A DNA stretch of 64,000 bases. Origin: Ylistrum balloti. Its lineage: Eukaryota. Made by a program: the position numbers and the translations under genes. Shown piece after piece: positions 15,501 through 27,869 of the stretch (position 1 is the first letter of the stretch; the number at the start of each line of letters is the position of its first letter). Under the pieces are notes generated by a model. That model was not told where the DNA came from and did no database searches. It saw only the letters and a program-made list of their open reading frames with translations. The stretch lies in NCBI RefSeq assembly GCF_031769215.1, contig NW_026781958.1:744001-808000 (forward strand). The letters run 5' to 3'.

Positions 15501-15984
15501 CAATTTCCTGAACTAGTAAAGTGAGATATACGTACTTACACTATACATAACAAACCTCTACAAGATCAATTGATATTACTTTTCTCATTCAAACAGGCTA
15601 AAAGTTTGAAAGAAATATTTTAACAAGCCTACTCATTCAGATATACGGTGAAATTATGTAAAATACGATATGTTGTATAATAAAAAATCGAAGAAACAAA
15701 AATAACTAAGCGATGTCAAGAAAATCGTCACTTATCCAAATCATAACATATTTCAAAATGGTTTACAACCCTTCATGATTAGAGAAATACCTCGAGAGCA
15801 TCCCGACCCAATGATTAGCTCCTGTTTTGACATCTCGTAAAGCTACAGCTTTCGTCAAATTGCTTTTTATTTCCACAAAGGCATCGATGGATTCTTCATC
15901 GATCTTGTCGGCATAGGGAAGAAAGTTGTTGTAAATTTTCTCCTGTTGAGGAGAAAAACCTAACACGTCTGCTCTGTCGTCCAT
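596..15984 (-). CDS. PSME4: Proteasome activator complex subunit 4 (PA200/Blm10 family), 28 coding exons in window; 3' part lies beyond position 1
   Basis: Exons in transcript order: 15791-15984, 14540-14680, 14000-14116, 13661-13705, 13288-13437, 12662-12725, 12445-12519, 12046-12165, 11565-11654, 10594-10652, 9727-9933, 8929-9115, 8498-8587, 8096-8160, 7544-7688, 7133-7231, 6487-6559, 5871-5938, 5385-5600, 4716-4870, 4324-4416, 3988-4046, 3392-3454, 3109-3164, 2172-2270, 1481-1543, 1005-1100, 596-721. All GT-AG with consistent phases; total 3015 nt (1005 codons). Peptides such as [39 protein letters not shown] and CEDDTKSLF match human PSME4 as I recall it. Confidence 0.97.
1850..2110. repeat. 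Degenerate ~39-bp minisatellite, PSME4 intron 25
   Basis: Unit ggacaaactagctgaatccacaatgtcctttttgttcat; clear copies at 2002, 2041, 2080 and decayed copies to the left. Confidence 0.75.
2481..2765. repeat. 57-bp minisatellite (~5 copies), PSME4 intron 24
   Basis: Unit gctatcatcacattaactgagagatcaccatatcatggtacaattcctttgttatca; explains the 2497-2775 ORF. Confidence 0.92.
4141..4380 (-). repeat. 61-bp tandem repeat (~4 copies) made of the 3' 56 nt of PSME4 exon 21 plus GTAAG
   Basis: The first copy is coding ([18 protein letters not shown]); the following copies are intronic, 61 nt apart. Confidence 0.9.
6825..7050 (+). mobile_element. Decayed Helentron/HINE-like non-autonomous repeat fragment
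   Basis: Starts AACAAGAGGTCCAAGGGGCC, the same terminal motif seen in reverse at ~21095. Family assignment is from remembered bivalve repeats only. Confidence 0.35.
10845..10990 (-). mobile_element. CORE-type SINE relic, copy 1
   Basis: Shares gtagctggtggct...catgctatcca...aaagtatctagcccatggacacaat with copies at ~27.9 and ~47.1 kb. The last motif resembles the reverse complement of the MIR/CORE segment gttaagtgtcttgcccaaggacac. Confidence 0.5.
11161..11537. repeat. 30-bp minisatellite (~12 copies), PSME4 intron 9
   Basis: Unit taacccatactcaaccctaggtcaaaacaa; begins ~28 nt inside the exon-9 donor. Confidence 0.92.
12960..13215. repeat. Degenerate minisatellite, PSME4 intron 5
   Basis: Recurring aaaacctgtctaat / tctgac / cccagtaaa sub-motifs. 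Confidence 0.55.
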
Positions 15985-15999
15985 CTGTCTAGTATACTG

Positions 16000-16140
16000 A
16001 TATCGTAATCATGACATTGCTAGCTACTTGGCTGCCATATTGCTTTTCGCGAGATTTGTAACGAGGAATTTGATTGGATATATGGCGTGATACTAATGAC
16101 ATATATGTGGCCAGGGAGCGCTAACATCTTAACTTAATTA
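16000..16140. promoter_or_regulatory. Putative PSME4 core promoter, possibly bidirectional with ACYP
   Basis: Locally CpG-richer. YY1-like GCTGCCATATT (~16032) and ATATGGCG (~16080) in opposite orientations, and reverse CCAAT (GATTGG, ~16072), just upstream of the PSME4 ATG. Confidence 0.45.
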
Positions 16141-16589
16141 ATATGTACATGTATTATGGAAAATCAGTATTAAATTCTTTTAATATTGGCATCGTCATTA
16201 TCAAACCAGAAAATATTGTGGTTTTTATGTCAGCTTTTATTCTTGGCTGATCTACAGCTGGGTGGGCCCAGTTAGTACTTGTTCAATTTGTCAGTTTCAC
16301 AACTTTTTTACTTCCTTACATATTCTGTCAAATTTGACCGCTTGCTGTATTAGCCTATGTAAATAGCACTTGTTTTGACATAATATATAATAGTCCTATG
16401 TTTGTATATTAAATATCAATTACTAGTGATATTTGTTGCCATTTGTGAGAGTTGAATAGTTCTTTACTCTTGGTCTTAAGCCTCAATGTTAAATACAATT
16501 CTTTGTTGCAGGAATAGCATTCATGATGTATTGTATTGTATTGTATTGTATTGTCGGTAAATATATCGTAGTTTGAAACATCACTGACT

Positions 16590-17345
16590 ATTCCGCATAT
16601 TATTTTCTGACCTATATTGTATATAATATCGTTATTTTCTGACCTATATTGTATATGATTATTGTTAATCTATATTGTATATAATTAACGTTATTTTCTG
16701 ACCTATATTGTATATAATCATCATTATTTTCTGACCTATATTGTATATAATTATCGTTATTTTCTGACCTATATTGTATATAATTAACGTTATTTTCTGA
16801 TCTATATTGTATATAATTATCGTTATTTTCTGACCTATATTGTATATAATTATCGTTATTTTCTGACCTATATTGTACATAATTATCGTTATTTTCTGAC
16901 CTATATTGTATATAATTATCGTTATTTTCTGACCTATATTGTATATAATTAACGTTATTTTCTGACCTATATTGTATATAATTATCGTATATATTGTACA
17001 TAATTATCGTTATTTTCTGACCTATATTGTATATAATTATCGTTATTTTCTTACCTATATTGTATATAATTATCGTTATTTTCTGACCTATATTGTATAT
17101 AATCATCGTTATTTTCTGACCTATATTGTATATAATTATCGTTATTTTCTTACCTATATTGTATATAATTATCGTTATTTTCTGACCTATATTGTATATA
17201 ATCATCGTTATTTTCTGACCTATATTGTATATAATTATCGTTATTTTCTTACCTATATTGTATATAATTATCGTTATTTTCTGACCTATATTGTATATAA
17301 TCATCGTTATTTTCTGACCTATATCGTATATAATCATCATATATT
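16590..17345. repeat. 33-bp AT-rich VNTR (~23 copies) between PSME4 and ACYP
   Basis: Unit attatcgttattttctgacctatattgtatata; produces the spurious repeat ORFs at 16612-17388. Confidence 0.95.
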
Positions 17346-18579
17346 TACTATATTGTATGTAACTCAATTTTTACGTTTTCTGTCCTGATTTGAATGATAC
17401 ATTGAAAACATTTATTTTCACGAGTGTATTCCCGTGTAAGCGACAATGGATAGTATCGGTGAAAATTCTGTAATGTTGAAGGCAATGCAAGAGTGGAGAG
17501 GACCAGAGGACGCATGTCACTTGATATTGAATTTAAATATTTAGAAATATTAATTACAAACTTAAGCCACACATACTAGGGAAGTTTACGATGAAATGTC
17601 ATATACAGATCACCACGTTATAAATTCTACTGGGACCACTTACGATAATTATGTGACGTGTCTCTGTGTTTGCCTTATTGTATAACGTGTATCACAGGTA
17701 TCGGCAAAATACTACAATACTAATTATTGTAAAATCAAGTTTAGATAGTTTCCATACTTTAATCTCGATGCGTCGATATCACGCGTATTTGAGAACGATG
17801 CGTATATCATTCTGTTTGTTAAAACCTTCTTATTGGAGGAGATCAAAACAATAATGCTATAAATACAAGGTAGTATATTTTCTACTCTGGATTGTTTTCC
17901 TCTTTTTATGGTCTGCATTTGAATTAAAACGTATAATATATAAATATTGGAAATAATTTATCATTTAAACAAAAAGTACAAATTGACATTCACGCTTGCA
18001 TGGAATATCGATCGTTAGTGCATTTAAACCTAGAAAATTCAGGACATTATTGCATTCCTATAGCACATGTACAATTGTGTCCATTTTCCATTACCAGAAA
18101 TATACATACTGAGACTAGACATATATAATACATATATACGTCTCTGCTGAGAGGTTAAATTCTAACCATCGGAGATTGATAACCTAAGTCCATTAGAAAT
18201 GGACACTATTTTTGATTGATTCCATGAGCCACTAGTAATCGATAAAATCAATTAGGTAGATCTATGTTCTACTTGGAGAGTTAAAATGCCTCAACTAATG
18301 CATGACACTATGGATTTCTTCATGACACAAAATATGGAAATTAGAAAAAAGAATCGTTAGTTAGCATATATGATATTTTCCGTTCTTGTAAGGCAAAATG
18401 GGGTGGGGGATGGGGTCGGTGTGTATGTGAGGTTTAGGGTAAAACTCCTGTTTCCTCCTCTTTGTTTTATCCAATCAAGTTATGAGTTACAAAAATAAGG
18501 TTCGATAACTCTAATCCAAGCAACTCAGGAGAAGACTTTGTAGAGAGGACAATTGGTAGATCCAATTGAGGGGAGCACG

Positions 18580-21500
18580 ATGGCAGGGAGCGCCAACAGA
18601 TTCGTTTCAGTTGACTATGAAATATTTGGAGACGTGCAAGGTTTGTGACGAATTTGATATATGTTGTATCAAAACGATGTGGAAGTAACACGTTCAATTT
18701 TCCTGACCCTGACCTGCAAATGACATTTAATGCTTAAGTAACATTTCTTTTTTTTTTTTTTAAGAAAATTCCGTAAAATTTCAAATTCTAATTTTTATAA
18801 TGGAAATGTATTCCCAGTTTTACAGTTGGTTAAACGGATACATAAATGTTTTGATATCGCAACGTCAGCATTTTTACCTTTGGTGTATACCAATGCAACA
18901 GTTTGTGGTAGGAGTTCCTTCCCTTTACCCACTAACGCACAAATGATGACGTCACCAGAGTGCGAAATCACGTTAAATAACAAATAACCTAAATATAAGT
19001 AAATGTGTTGAATTATAAGGTTTATTAATATTACCTTCATACAGTGTCATTATATTCATATTTTCTCTTTCATTTCAGGTGTATTTTTCAGACAGGTGAG
19101 TACAAGATAAGTTTGTAACGGGCTCAAAGCTGGGACACAAATAACTATTTATTTTACTATTTTTTTTTCACAAAGTTAATATCATTTTTACATCACTGTA
19201 ATTGAATACCAATGTACCAAAAATTAAGATTCCTAGATTAGTCTTTTTTTGTTTATTTTTTTACCTTTGTCAATATATATTCATCATAATATTAACTTGT
19301 AGTTGTAGCATTTTTGAAGTTTTATAGAAATAATTGGATAGAAAGCTGATTGTATGAGAAATAAGTTTTTAGCATGTAGGGTTTGATACTTAAACTCAAC
19401 AATGTGAAAAATGAAAATCATATTTGGGAAAAAAATATTGTGTCCAAATTGAACATCAAGCAAGCACCATAGCGCCTTTTATTTTTCATTTGAGTTACAG
19501 AGACTTAGTGAATAGAATTCTTGTTGTTTTCGTGAATCAAAATCTTCACATTTTATAAATGTAATGAACAACTTTACAATTATGCAATTTGACGAAATTG
19601 ACATGTTATTTTGTTCTTGAAGATCAAAGACACTAAAGTGATTTTGAAATTTGAAATTTAGTGTTGTATGAATTATTATAGTTTAATTAATAACTGATTA
19701 TTAATTGATAATTAATGCATATGTTTTCTGAATTAACTACTACTAATCTGCCCTAGTTTTCTGCCGTATAGATATACAGCTGTATAGGGTTTGTTTTGTA
19801 TGTATACATCTCTTCTTTATTTTCAGCATACATATGATCTAGCTTGCCAAATTGGAGCAGTTGGATGGGTGATGAATACTGCTAAAGGAACTGTCAAAGG
19901 CAGAGTACAGGGCACTCTGAGACAAGTAGAACATATGTAAGTAGAGAGAGTATGTAAATTGTTGAAATCAGAACCTTTGATATACATGTACTTGACTTCC
20001 AACCATACATTTATGTTTGTCTTTCACCACCTGTAATTATGATCCCTGAAAATTTATGCAGTAGAGGGGGGAACATATGGTCACCGCCTTTTCCATCCAT
20101 CTACCATCAATCTTCATGTCTGTATCATAAGTTTGCCTTTAGTAAAGCAATGATTATGAAACTTGGTGTATTCATTAGTCATACTAGGGGGCCAGGGGGG
20201 TGTCCAGTTTATTAAATTCAGGGTCCTCGACCCCTCAGTTATATAGTTATTTCCCTTTGTTGAAATTTCGTATCAGGAACATAACTTCGCTTGCAATTAA
20301 ACAAGGATAATGAAATAAATTTGATGTATACATTTATCATACTAAGATGATGCGCAGTATATCAAATTCAGGGCTTGCAATCCTTGATTACAAGGTTATT
20401 GCCCATTGTTTAAATTTTGTCTAGAAATGTTACCTTTTCTTAAGCTTTTGTCTCAGGACCATTACTTTCCCTGCATTTAAATTAGGATATTGAAACATGA
20501 TGTATACATCTGTGATACAAAAGCAAGGCACAGACTAGCAAAGGCAGTGCCCATGACCCCTCAGTACAGAGTTATTGCCCTTTGTCAAAATTTTGTGTCC
20601 TGAGCATAACTTTGCTTCCATAAAAAATTGGATTATGAATCTTGTTGTATGCTTTGTTCATAGTAAAAGAATGTGCAGTAAACATTCCATTCAAATGACT
20701 TCTCAATAACCAGAAGGCTCAGGGTACTGATATTTGACCTGTAGCATGGTGTGATTATGGGCTGTCAAGTTTGTAAATCTGAATGACCTTGATCCACTTT
20801 AAACGTCACTTGGGTCAAATGGGTTGAAATGTGTAAGCAACTTCTTCTCAATAGTCAAGGGGCTTGATAGTGGGCCTGTAGCATGTGCTTTCAACAAGCA
20901 ACATGTCTAGAGTAATGGTATTTGTGTAATGCATGTATAAAGAAAGTGATTTCAGGTTTGCAGAAAATGTCTTCATGAACCAGCCAGTGTCTTCTATGTA
21001 AGCTGTGTTGTAGTTGAGCAAGTTTTTTCATGCCTATTTGGCCTTTTATATGGTCTATATAGTCAGATGACCCTTAAGGCTCATGGGCCTCTTGCTATTT
21101 TCACGAGATCATTACTTTGTTTTGTAAATATATAAACGAATATTTCTGTCAGAAGATTTCCTACATACTGTATTCATAAATAAGCCCACACCAGTTTATC
21201 GCTCTTCAGAAAAATCAATAATGCAAGATTTCTAAAAAAAAAAAAACCATTCTCGGAGTTCTTGACCTTTGAGACAGAGGTCAGGTGTTGATCCTTCCTG
21301 CCACCCCAAGGCCTGATGAAGGGTAATATTTAATCATTGAAAAAAAAAACAGAATCAGAATGATAAAAGTTTGGGGTTGAAAATTGATAATTCAAGATCC
21401 GTTTTGGTTGGCTGATCCCCGTCTCTAAAACTGTTATTTTTTAGTCTTCCTCAAAAAAATATCCAGGAGCATATACCAGTATGTGTAAATTCTTTAATAC

Positions 21501-21667
21501 ACAAATACATTGTATTATAACTTTCTTTGGTTTTGCATTTCAGGAAACAATTTCTTGCACATAGAGGCAGCCCAATGTCCAAAATAACAAAATATGAATT
21601 TACTAATGACAAAGAACTGGTAAATTTGGACTACAACAAGTTTTCAATCACAGCAGGAGACTGGTGA
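18580..21667 (+). CDS. ACYP: Acylphosphatase (pro-orthologue of vertebrate ACYP1/ACYP2), 4 coding exons, 103 aa
   Basis: Exons 18580-18640, 19079-19095 (17 nt), 19827-19936, 21544-21667, total 312 nt. Protein MAGSANRFVSVDYEIFGDVQGVFFRQHTYDLACQIGAVGWVMNTAKGTVKGRVQGTLRQVEHMKQFLAHRGSPMSKITKYEFTNDKELVNLDYNKFSITAGDW has the VQGVxFR phosphate-binding loop (catalytic Arg) and GWVxN (catalytic Asn). Not in the ORF track because the exons are short. Confidence 0.95.
18947..18954. promoter_or_regulatory. Perfect CRE palindrome TGACGTCA in ACYP intron 1
   Basis: Exact CREB/ATF consensus in a CpG-richer first intron; motif match only. Confidence 0.3.
20050..21095 (-). mobile_element. Helentron/HINE-like non-autonomous element with degenerate ~150-170-bp internal units, ACYP intron 3
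   Basis: Right end reads CAAGAGGCCCATGAGCCTTAAGGG on the minus strand. Motifs such as gttattgccctttg, cataactt and aacttggtgtat recur at roughly 150-175-bp spacing; the left end has a G-run and ccatcc-like repeats. Confidence 0.45.
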
Positions 21668-21707
21668 TAATTTGTTTGATTTCTACGTGTGGTGTGTGTT
21701 CAGCCTT

Positions 21708-22160
21708 TCCCTCGGAGGATCCTAAAATACATCAATCTTGTACAATCCCTCGGAGGATCCTAAAACACATCAATCTTGTACAATCACTCGGAGGATCCTA
21801 AAACACATCAATCTTGTACAATCACTCGGAGGATCCTAAAACACATCAATCTTGTACAATCACTCGGAGGATCCTAAAGCACATCAATCTTGTACAATCA
21901 CTCGGAGGATCCTAAAACACATCAATCTTGTACAATCCCTCGGAGGATCCTAAAACACATCAATCTTGTACAATCCCTCGGAGGATCCTAAAACACATTA
22001 ATCTTGTACAATCACTCGGAGGATCCTAAAACACATCAATCTTGTACAATCACTCGGAGGATCCTAAAACACATCAATCTTGTACAATCACTCGGAGGAT
22101 CCTAAAACACATCAATCTTGTACAATCCCTCGGAGGATCCTAAAACACATCAATCTCGTG
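21708..22160. repeat. 38-bp minisatellite (~12 near-identical copies) just after the ACYP stop
   Basis: Unit ccctcggaggatcctaaaacacatcaatcttgtacaat. Confidence 0.95.
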
Positions 22161-23024
22161 CAGTCAATACCAGAAGAGTTAAAATGTGTTACAGTTTAAC
22201 AAGGGTTGAAAGGTCTGGCCTGAGAGAGCGAGCAAGAAGTCTCATTGTTAATGAGTAATTTATTTGTTTTATTAGGAGGTTGAAAATTGTTTCTTTAATT
22301 TGGTTTTGAAATCTTACAATATTTTTACTACTAAGTTGTGTTGCCACGCTTCTGATCATTTAGTTTGTACACATTACCAATTTTAATTTGTAGTTAACTG
22401 CTTCACTTAAACATTAACAACATATTAAGTATGTAGCCAGCCAATAAAATTGGTATGAAACGTCAGCTTGAAAAACTTAACTCTTGTAGACACAATAACA
22501 GTGTTATTGTTGACATTTCTAACCTAAATTGGTAGATATTTTACCTGGTGATTTTATAGTCATTTTGATACTTTGGGTCTCAAATCAGGTAAATGATCCT
22601 TATTTATAAATGATATAAGGTATAAGATTTGCTCAAAAAGTAATTATTTACCAGAAACTGAAAATTGTCGATCACATGTTATATCATTAGACACAATGTT
22701 GAACTAACATGCCCAGATAACTTTAAAAAGAAATGAAAATGGCATATTGCTTAGAAGTTATTTTATAAAATGAAAATAAATCTTTAAAAGAAATGAACCC
22801 GGAATAAAGATCTAAATTCATTTCATATTTGTATTTACATAACACTATAATATTTCAGTTGATACTTGTCAAAAAATTATGTTTCAGTTGATTATAGTAA
22901 ACATTTATCTGGAATTATGCACTCTGTATTTACATCATTGCATTATAGGATAGAGTTATAAAAAGAAGAAAAAGACGAGAAAACTTGTAGAGAGCTTTAT
23001 CATCCTTTTTCTTGTTGTTATTAT

Positions 23025-23497
23025 CATGGTTGGTCAGTCTTTTGCCTGGTTTGTTGTTTGATCCCATCACGAGGGTTGGTCATTCTATCACCTGGTTTGG
23101 TTTTTAGATCCCATCACAATGGTTGGTCAGTCTGTCACCAGGTTTGTAGGTCTGATTCCATCGAGTTGGTTGGTCAGCCTTTCGCCTGGTTTGGTTTTTA
23201 GATCCAATCACAATGGTTGGTTAGTCTGTCACCAGGTTTACAGGTCTGATTCCATCGCCTTGATTGGTCAGCCTTTCGCCTGGTTTGGTTTTTAGATCCC
23301 ATCACGATGGTTGGTCAGTCTGTCACCAGGTTTGTAGGTCTGATTCCATCTCGTTGGTTGGTCAGCCTTTTGCCTGGTTTGGTTTTTAGATCCCATCACG
23401 ATGGTTGGTCAGTCTGTCACCAGGTTTGTAGGTCTGATTCCATCGCGTTGGTTGGTCAGCCTTTCGCCTGGTTTGGTTTTTAGATCCCATCACGATG
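23025..23497. repeat. 94-bp higher-order repeat (two diverged ~47-bp subunits, ~5 copies)
   Basis: gatcccatcacgatgg recurs at 23295 and 23389; both subunits share tggttggtcag. Confidence 0.85.
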
Positions 23498-23939
23498 ATG
23501 GATCAATCTATCACAAGCTTTGTTCTAATCCAAGCTTCTTGTTAGGTTTGTTTACTACCAGTGTGTGTTTACTGGGTTTGGGTTATATTTATCCCTTTGT
23601 ATGAAATGTTTTCACTCACATATACTTGTTACGTTGTTATATTTACAATAAAAGAATATTACAATATATTATCTGTGTTCTGTACAAATATTCCATAACA
23701 ATACTGCCATTTCTTTTGAATCTAAAAGAAACAAAAAATGATTATTTATTTGTGAGTATTGTTTTCTATATACATGCACAGGTACAGTTTGAAACTAAGT
23801 ATTTAACAGTTACCAATTGCCTCGAGAGCCTCAGCATGTCATTTGTTGATTTTTTCTGTCGTCTCTTAAATATTTTTTCTCCTTTTTAAAATTTGATTTC
23901 ATTTGGCTACAGATAATATAATTTACAATTTGGGGAAAT

Positions 23940-24262
23940 GTTCTTATATTACAACCACTTAGGAAGTTTATGTCTACCAAACACTGTCACCTCCATCAGA
24001 CAAATGACCAGTGTGAAAAGTATTTGTATTTGCATACAGTATACCAAATGGTAATGAGACCTTATATCACCAACCTGATGAAATTCACAATTTGGTTCAT
24101 GTTTCCCCATGAAAGGTTTCTGCAAAATTTCATCACAACTGGTTCAGGATTTTTTTTTTGTGAAGTAAAACTTGTCAACTGTTTATCAGCAGAAGATGCA
24201 CATTGACAGGCAAGAAGTGATAGCAAGAGACGAGCTGAGCATTCATCTCGGGCCACGTAAAA
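23940..24262 (+). mobile_element. HINE-like repeat fragment
   Basis: Contains aaaatttcatcacaact and ends gagctgagcattcatctcgggccacgtaaaa, resembling the ctcaggtgacctaaaaa-type terminus at ~49185. Confidence 0.35.
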
Positions 24263-25069
24263 GTTGTAGTTCTTTGGGTGATTGTTTCAAAGGTGTACAC
24301 ACGTATAGTACTTACGATTACTGAATTAAAGAAAAGGCTTCACAATAAAAACACAAAAGATGACAAACAAATGACCCTTAGTTTACATGTAATTTAATGT
24401 TTATTTTTTCTGCTTAAAGTATTACCATACCCTAAGATTACAATATCACACATTTAGTACAAATTACACTCGCATACCAGAAATATAGATACCCTCTAAT
24501 ATAGTACACCAGGGGAGAAGTTCCGTTTTATTTACACAACACAACAAAACTGTTCCATGTTCATTAACAGCACCTGCAGTTATCTTGATGTTAAAAAAAA
24601 CTGTAGAATATGAGAATTATTTTTATATATACCTGACTAATAAAGAGACTTATTCGCTTAAAAGGAGATTTTGCAAATAAATCAATAATTTTTAAAGTGT
24701 AAAAAGAAATTCACAAATTAAGAAATGTGTCACAACTTTGAAAGGTAGAAAAATGACAAATTGTAGATCAGTTTTGTGGTAAATGAATTGTAAACATCAT
24801 AAAGGTTTTCTCTTTCATCACTGATTGCAAATACAGAGTTTGTCAGATTTCAATTCTATCTCTTTGAACTCCATTAGTACACCCGAAGGCATCTTAAAAT
24901 TTGGTCAAAATTTAAAAAATCACACAAACAAGAAATTGATAATATCTATCAATATTATGAGGAGTTTCACAAAAATTAATGAAAATTCATCTAAGACTTA
25001 CAGAAGTATAAGATATATATAACAAAAATGCAACCAGGTTGTTTGCTAGGCCAAAGCTGAATGGGCTTT

Positions 25070-25830
25070 CTACTGTGACCAAATGTGACTGGACTTAATG
25101 CAATGACCAAACTAGACTACATGCTGTGACCAAATTTGACTGGACTATATGCTGTGACCTGAATGTGACTGGAGATTATATGCTATGACCGAAAGTGACT
25201 GGACTATATGTTGTAGCTAAATGTGACTGATGACTAAATGCTGTGACCAAATGTGACTGGATCATAAGCTGCTACTGAATGTGACTGGTGACTAAATGCT
25301 GTGACCAAATGTGACTGGACTGTATGTTATGGTTGGTGACAATATGCTGTGACCTAATGTGACTGGACTATAGGTGACTGGTGACTAAATGTTGTGACCA
25401 AATGTGACTGGACTATATGCTGTGACCAAATATCACTACTATATGCTGTGACTAAATGTCACTGGACTATATGCTGTGACTAAATGTCACTGGATTATAT
25501 GATGTGACTAAATGTAACTGAACTATAAGCTGTAACCAAATGTGACTGGACTATATGCTGTGACCAAATGTCACTGGTGACTATAAGGTGTGACCAAATG
25601 TCACTGGGGATTATAAGATGTGACCAAATGTCACTGGTGACTATAATCTGTGACCAAATGTCACTGGAGATTATAAGCTGTGACTAAATGTCACTGGATT
25701 ATATGCTGTGACTAAATGTCACTAGATTATATGCTGTGACTTAATGTGACTGGAGATTATATAATATGACTAAAAGCAACCGGACTATATGCTGCTAGCA
25801 AAAGTGACTGGGATGAAATGGACTGGATTA
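25070..25830. repeat. Degenerate 28-30-bp minisatellite
   Basis: Unit atgtgactggactatatgctgtgaccaa, roughly 25 copies. Confidence 0.88.
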
Positions 25831-27869
25831 CCAACTAGTAACAAAGGTGACCAGATATCTATGTGAACAGGTGACTGAATTATCTGTTAGGTGACTAGAT
25901 TATTAGATAAATGGTGACTGGGTTATAAACAATAGAATAGATTTAGTCAGGGTTTCCAAGAAACAGAGGTGACTGGATTAGTGGACAGCACTACACTGAT
26001 ATGATATATTATTTCTTATTGTTTTCATAACTAGGCAAAATAGAACTATATTCGTACAAACTTCTGGAAATCTTAAGTTTAATGAAAGTTTAATACCATC
26101 AGATCAACCTCTCCAGAAAGTTAATAACAGAAATATCAATTTTCAATTTTCAAAAGTATAAATTTTAAAACTTTTCAATGACTATTAATAAGATGTATAT
26201 AACTGTAATACACAGGGATGATTTTTATTGATTAATGGTCTCTTTGAGAATTTTAAACAGTTGAAAATCCTTTTGACTAGAACTTAAAGAGATCTTTGAA
26301 CAAGCATCCTAAATATGTGTCTATAGCAAGAACATTGAATAAAATCAATTTATTTTAGCAGTAAAACTGTAATGAAAACGGTCAAATGTTCTAACATTTC
26401 ATAATCAATAAATAATTACAACATATTCTCATCAACTAATTACATGACAAATAATATAGAAATATAAAATCATAAATTATTTCCTTTCAGGAATACAGCT
26501 ACAAGTATATATTAATATACTTAGATATTTGGTTTAGAAAAAAGTTGCTTTGAAGCTTTTGTGAAGATTAAATAGTAATGCTGTCGACTATGTAAATACT
26601 TCCATTAATAAAAGTTATAATGCTGCAAATTGTCATGGCAATTTATTTATCTATTCTATCTTTTTGTCCCAATAAACATGATTGTAGAGACATCATCCCA
26701 TATAATGCAAAAGGGGAGGATTATAAAAAAATGGAAAATTTCATTTCAGGTGGGTTTTTCGTTATTTGTTTTCATTAATTTAACCGTATTTAATCACAAA
26801 TAAGCTCATCCCTGATATGATCAGACAACTCTGCTGCAGTTTCAGTTACATATATATTTATATATACATAAATATAGACAATAATAATTTTTATTATGAC
26901 AATTGAAATATTGGAATTATGCAACATTTTGATTTTCTTAATTCCACAACCAAACAAAAAATATAAACAGTATAATGTATAATTATATCTGTCATCAAAA
27001 ATGTACAATGTCACTGATAGAGATTACTTTGGATATGAACCGATTTCCAAACTAAGCATAAATACCATGGTGATGGGAACTGGTTCCAGTTTTACATGTT
27101 CTGTAATAATCAATTAAGATTGAATTCTTGAGGTTTTTTTTTTTCATTTATAAGATTGAAAAATCAATATTTTTGAATCTGTTACTAATGCTTAATTCTA
27201 CTTACAGAACACTGCTGATAAAAGCCTGTCTAGTTTTACCTTGAAATAAACAAATTTACTGACGCAATTACACTAGATCTCCACATTTCTGAGATTTCTA
27301 AGTCATTCCTGAACTCTATCAATTAATCTGCAATTCTGGTACCAATTTTATACCCTAAACTTCATACTGCTGATGCCACACTGGTTTTCTTTGGCCCACA
27401 AATCAGACTTTTGACACAGATACAGGGTACATAACATCAATATGTCATTGTGTCTAAAACATTAGGGTGAAAGATTACTCAGACTATCATCTCCTTCACC
27501 ACAAAGCCAATGATCTGAATTCACACAATATTGTACTACAATAACAAATGATTCTGATCAATCAATTATTGGGTAATAATTAATATTAATGCTGCTTTAT
27601 CATTATATCTGCTGTTGTCCCTCACATTTTCTGAATTTGTCCAGACAAGAATAAATACTCTACAGATGTGATACTGAACAATCTTGTGGGAAGATAAAGA
27701 TACTGAAGAAATTGACCTTGGTAAAATGTATATCGTGAGTTAACAATGTACCTGGTAAACAACTTACTTGCCTCATTGATCATGCTAGCTTTATATATGT
27801 TATCAGACGGTTTTGTATAATAAATTTGTAAGATCTATTTCAATTCAACTTCTAACTGAAGATTTGTGA

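Noticed and set aside
16612-17388. 251-aa, 138-aa and 71-aa ORFs (IIIYNIGQKIT / YIQYRSENN repeats)
   Set aside because: Frames of the 33-bp VNTR; a unit length divisible by 3 keeps them open, with no other sign of a gene.
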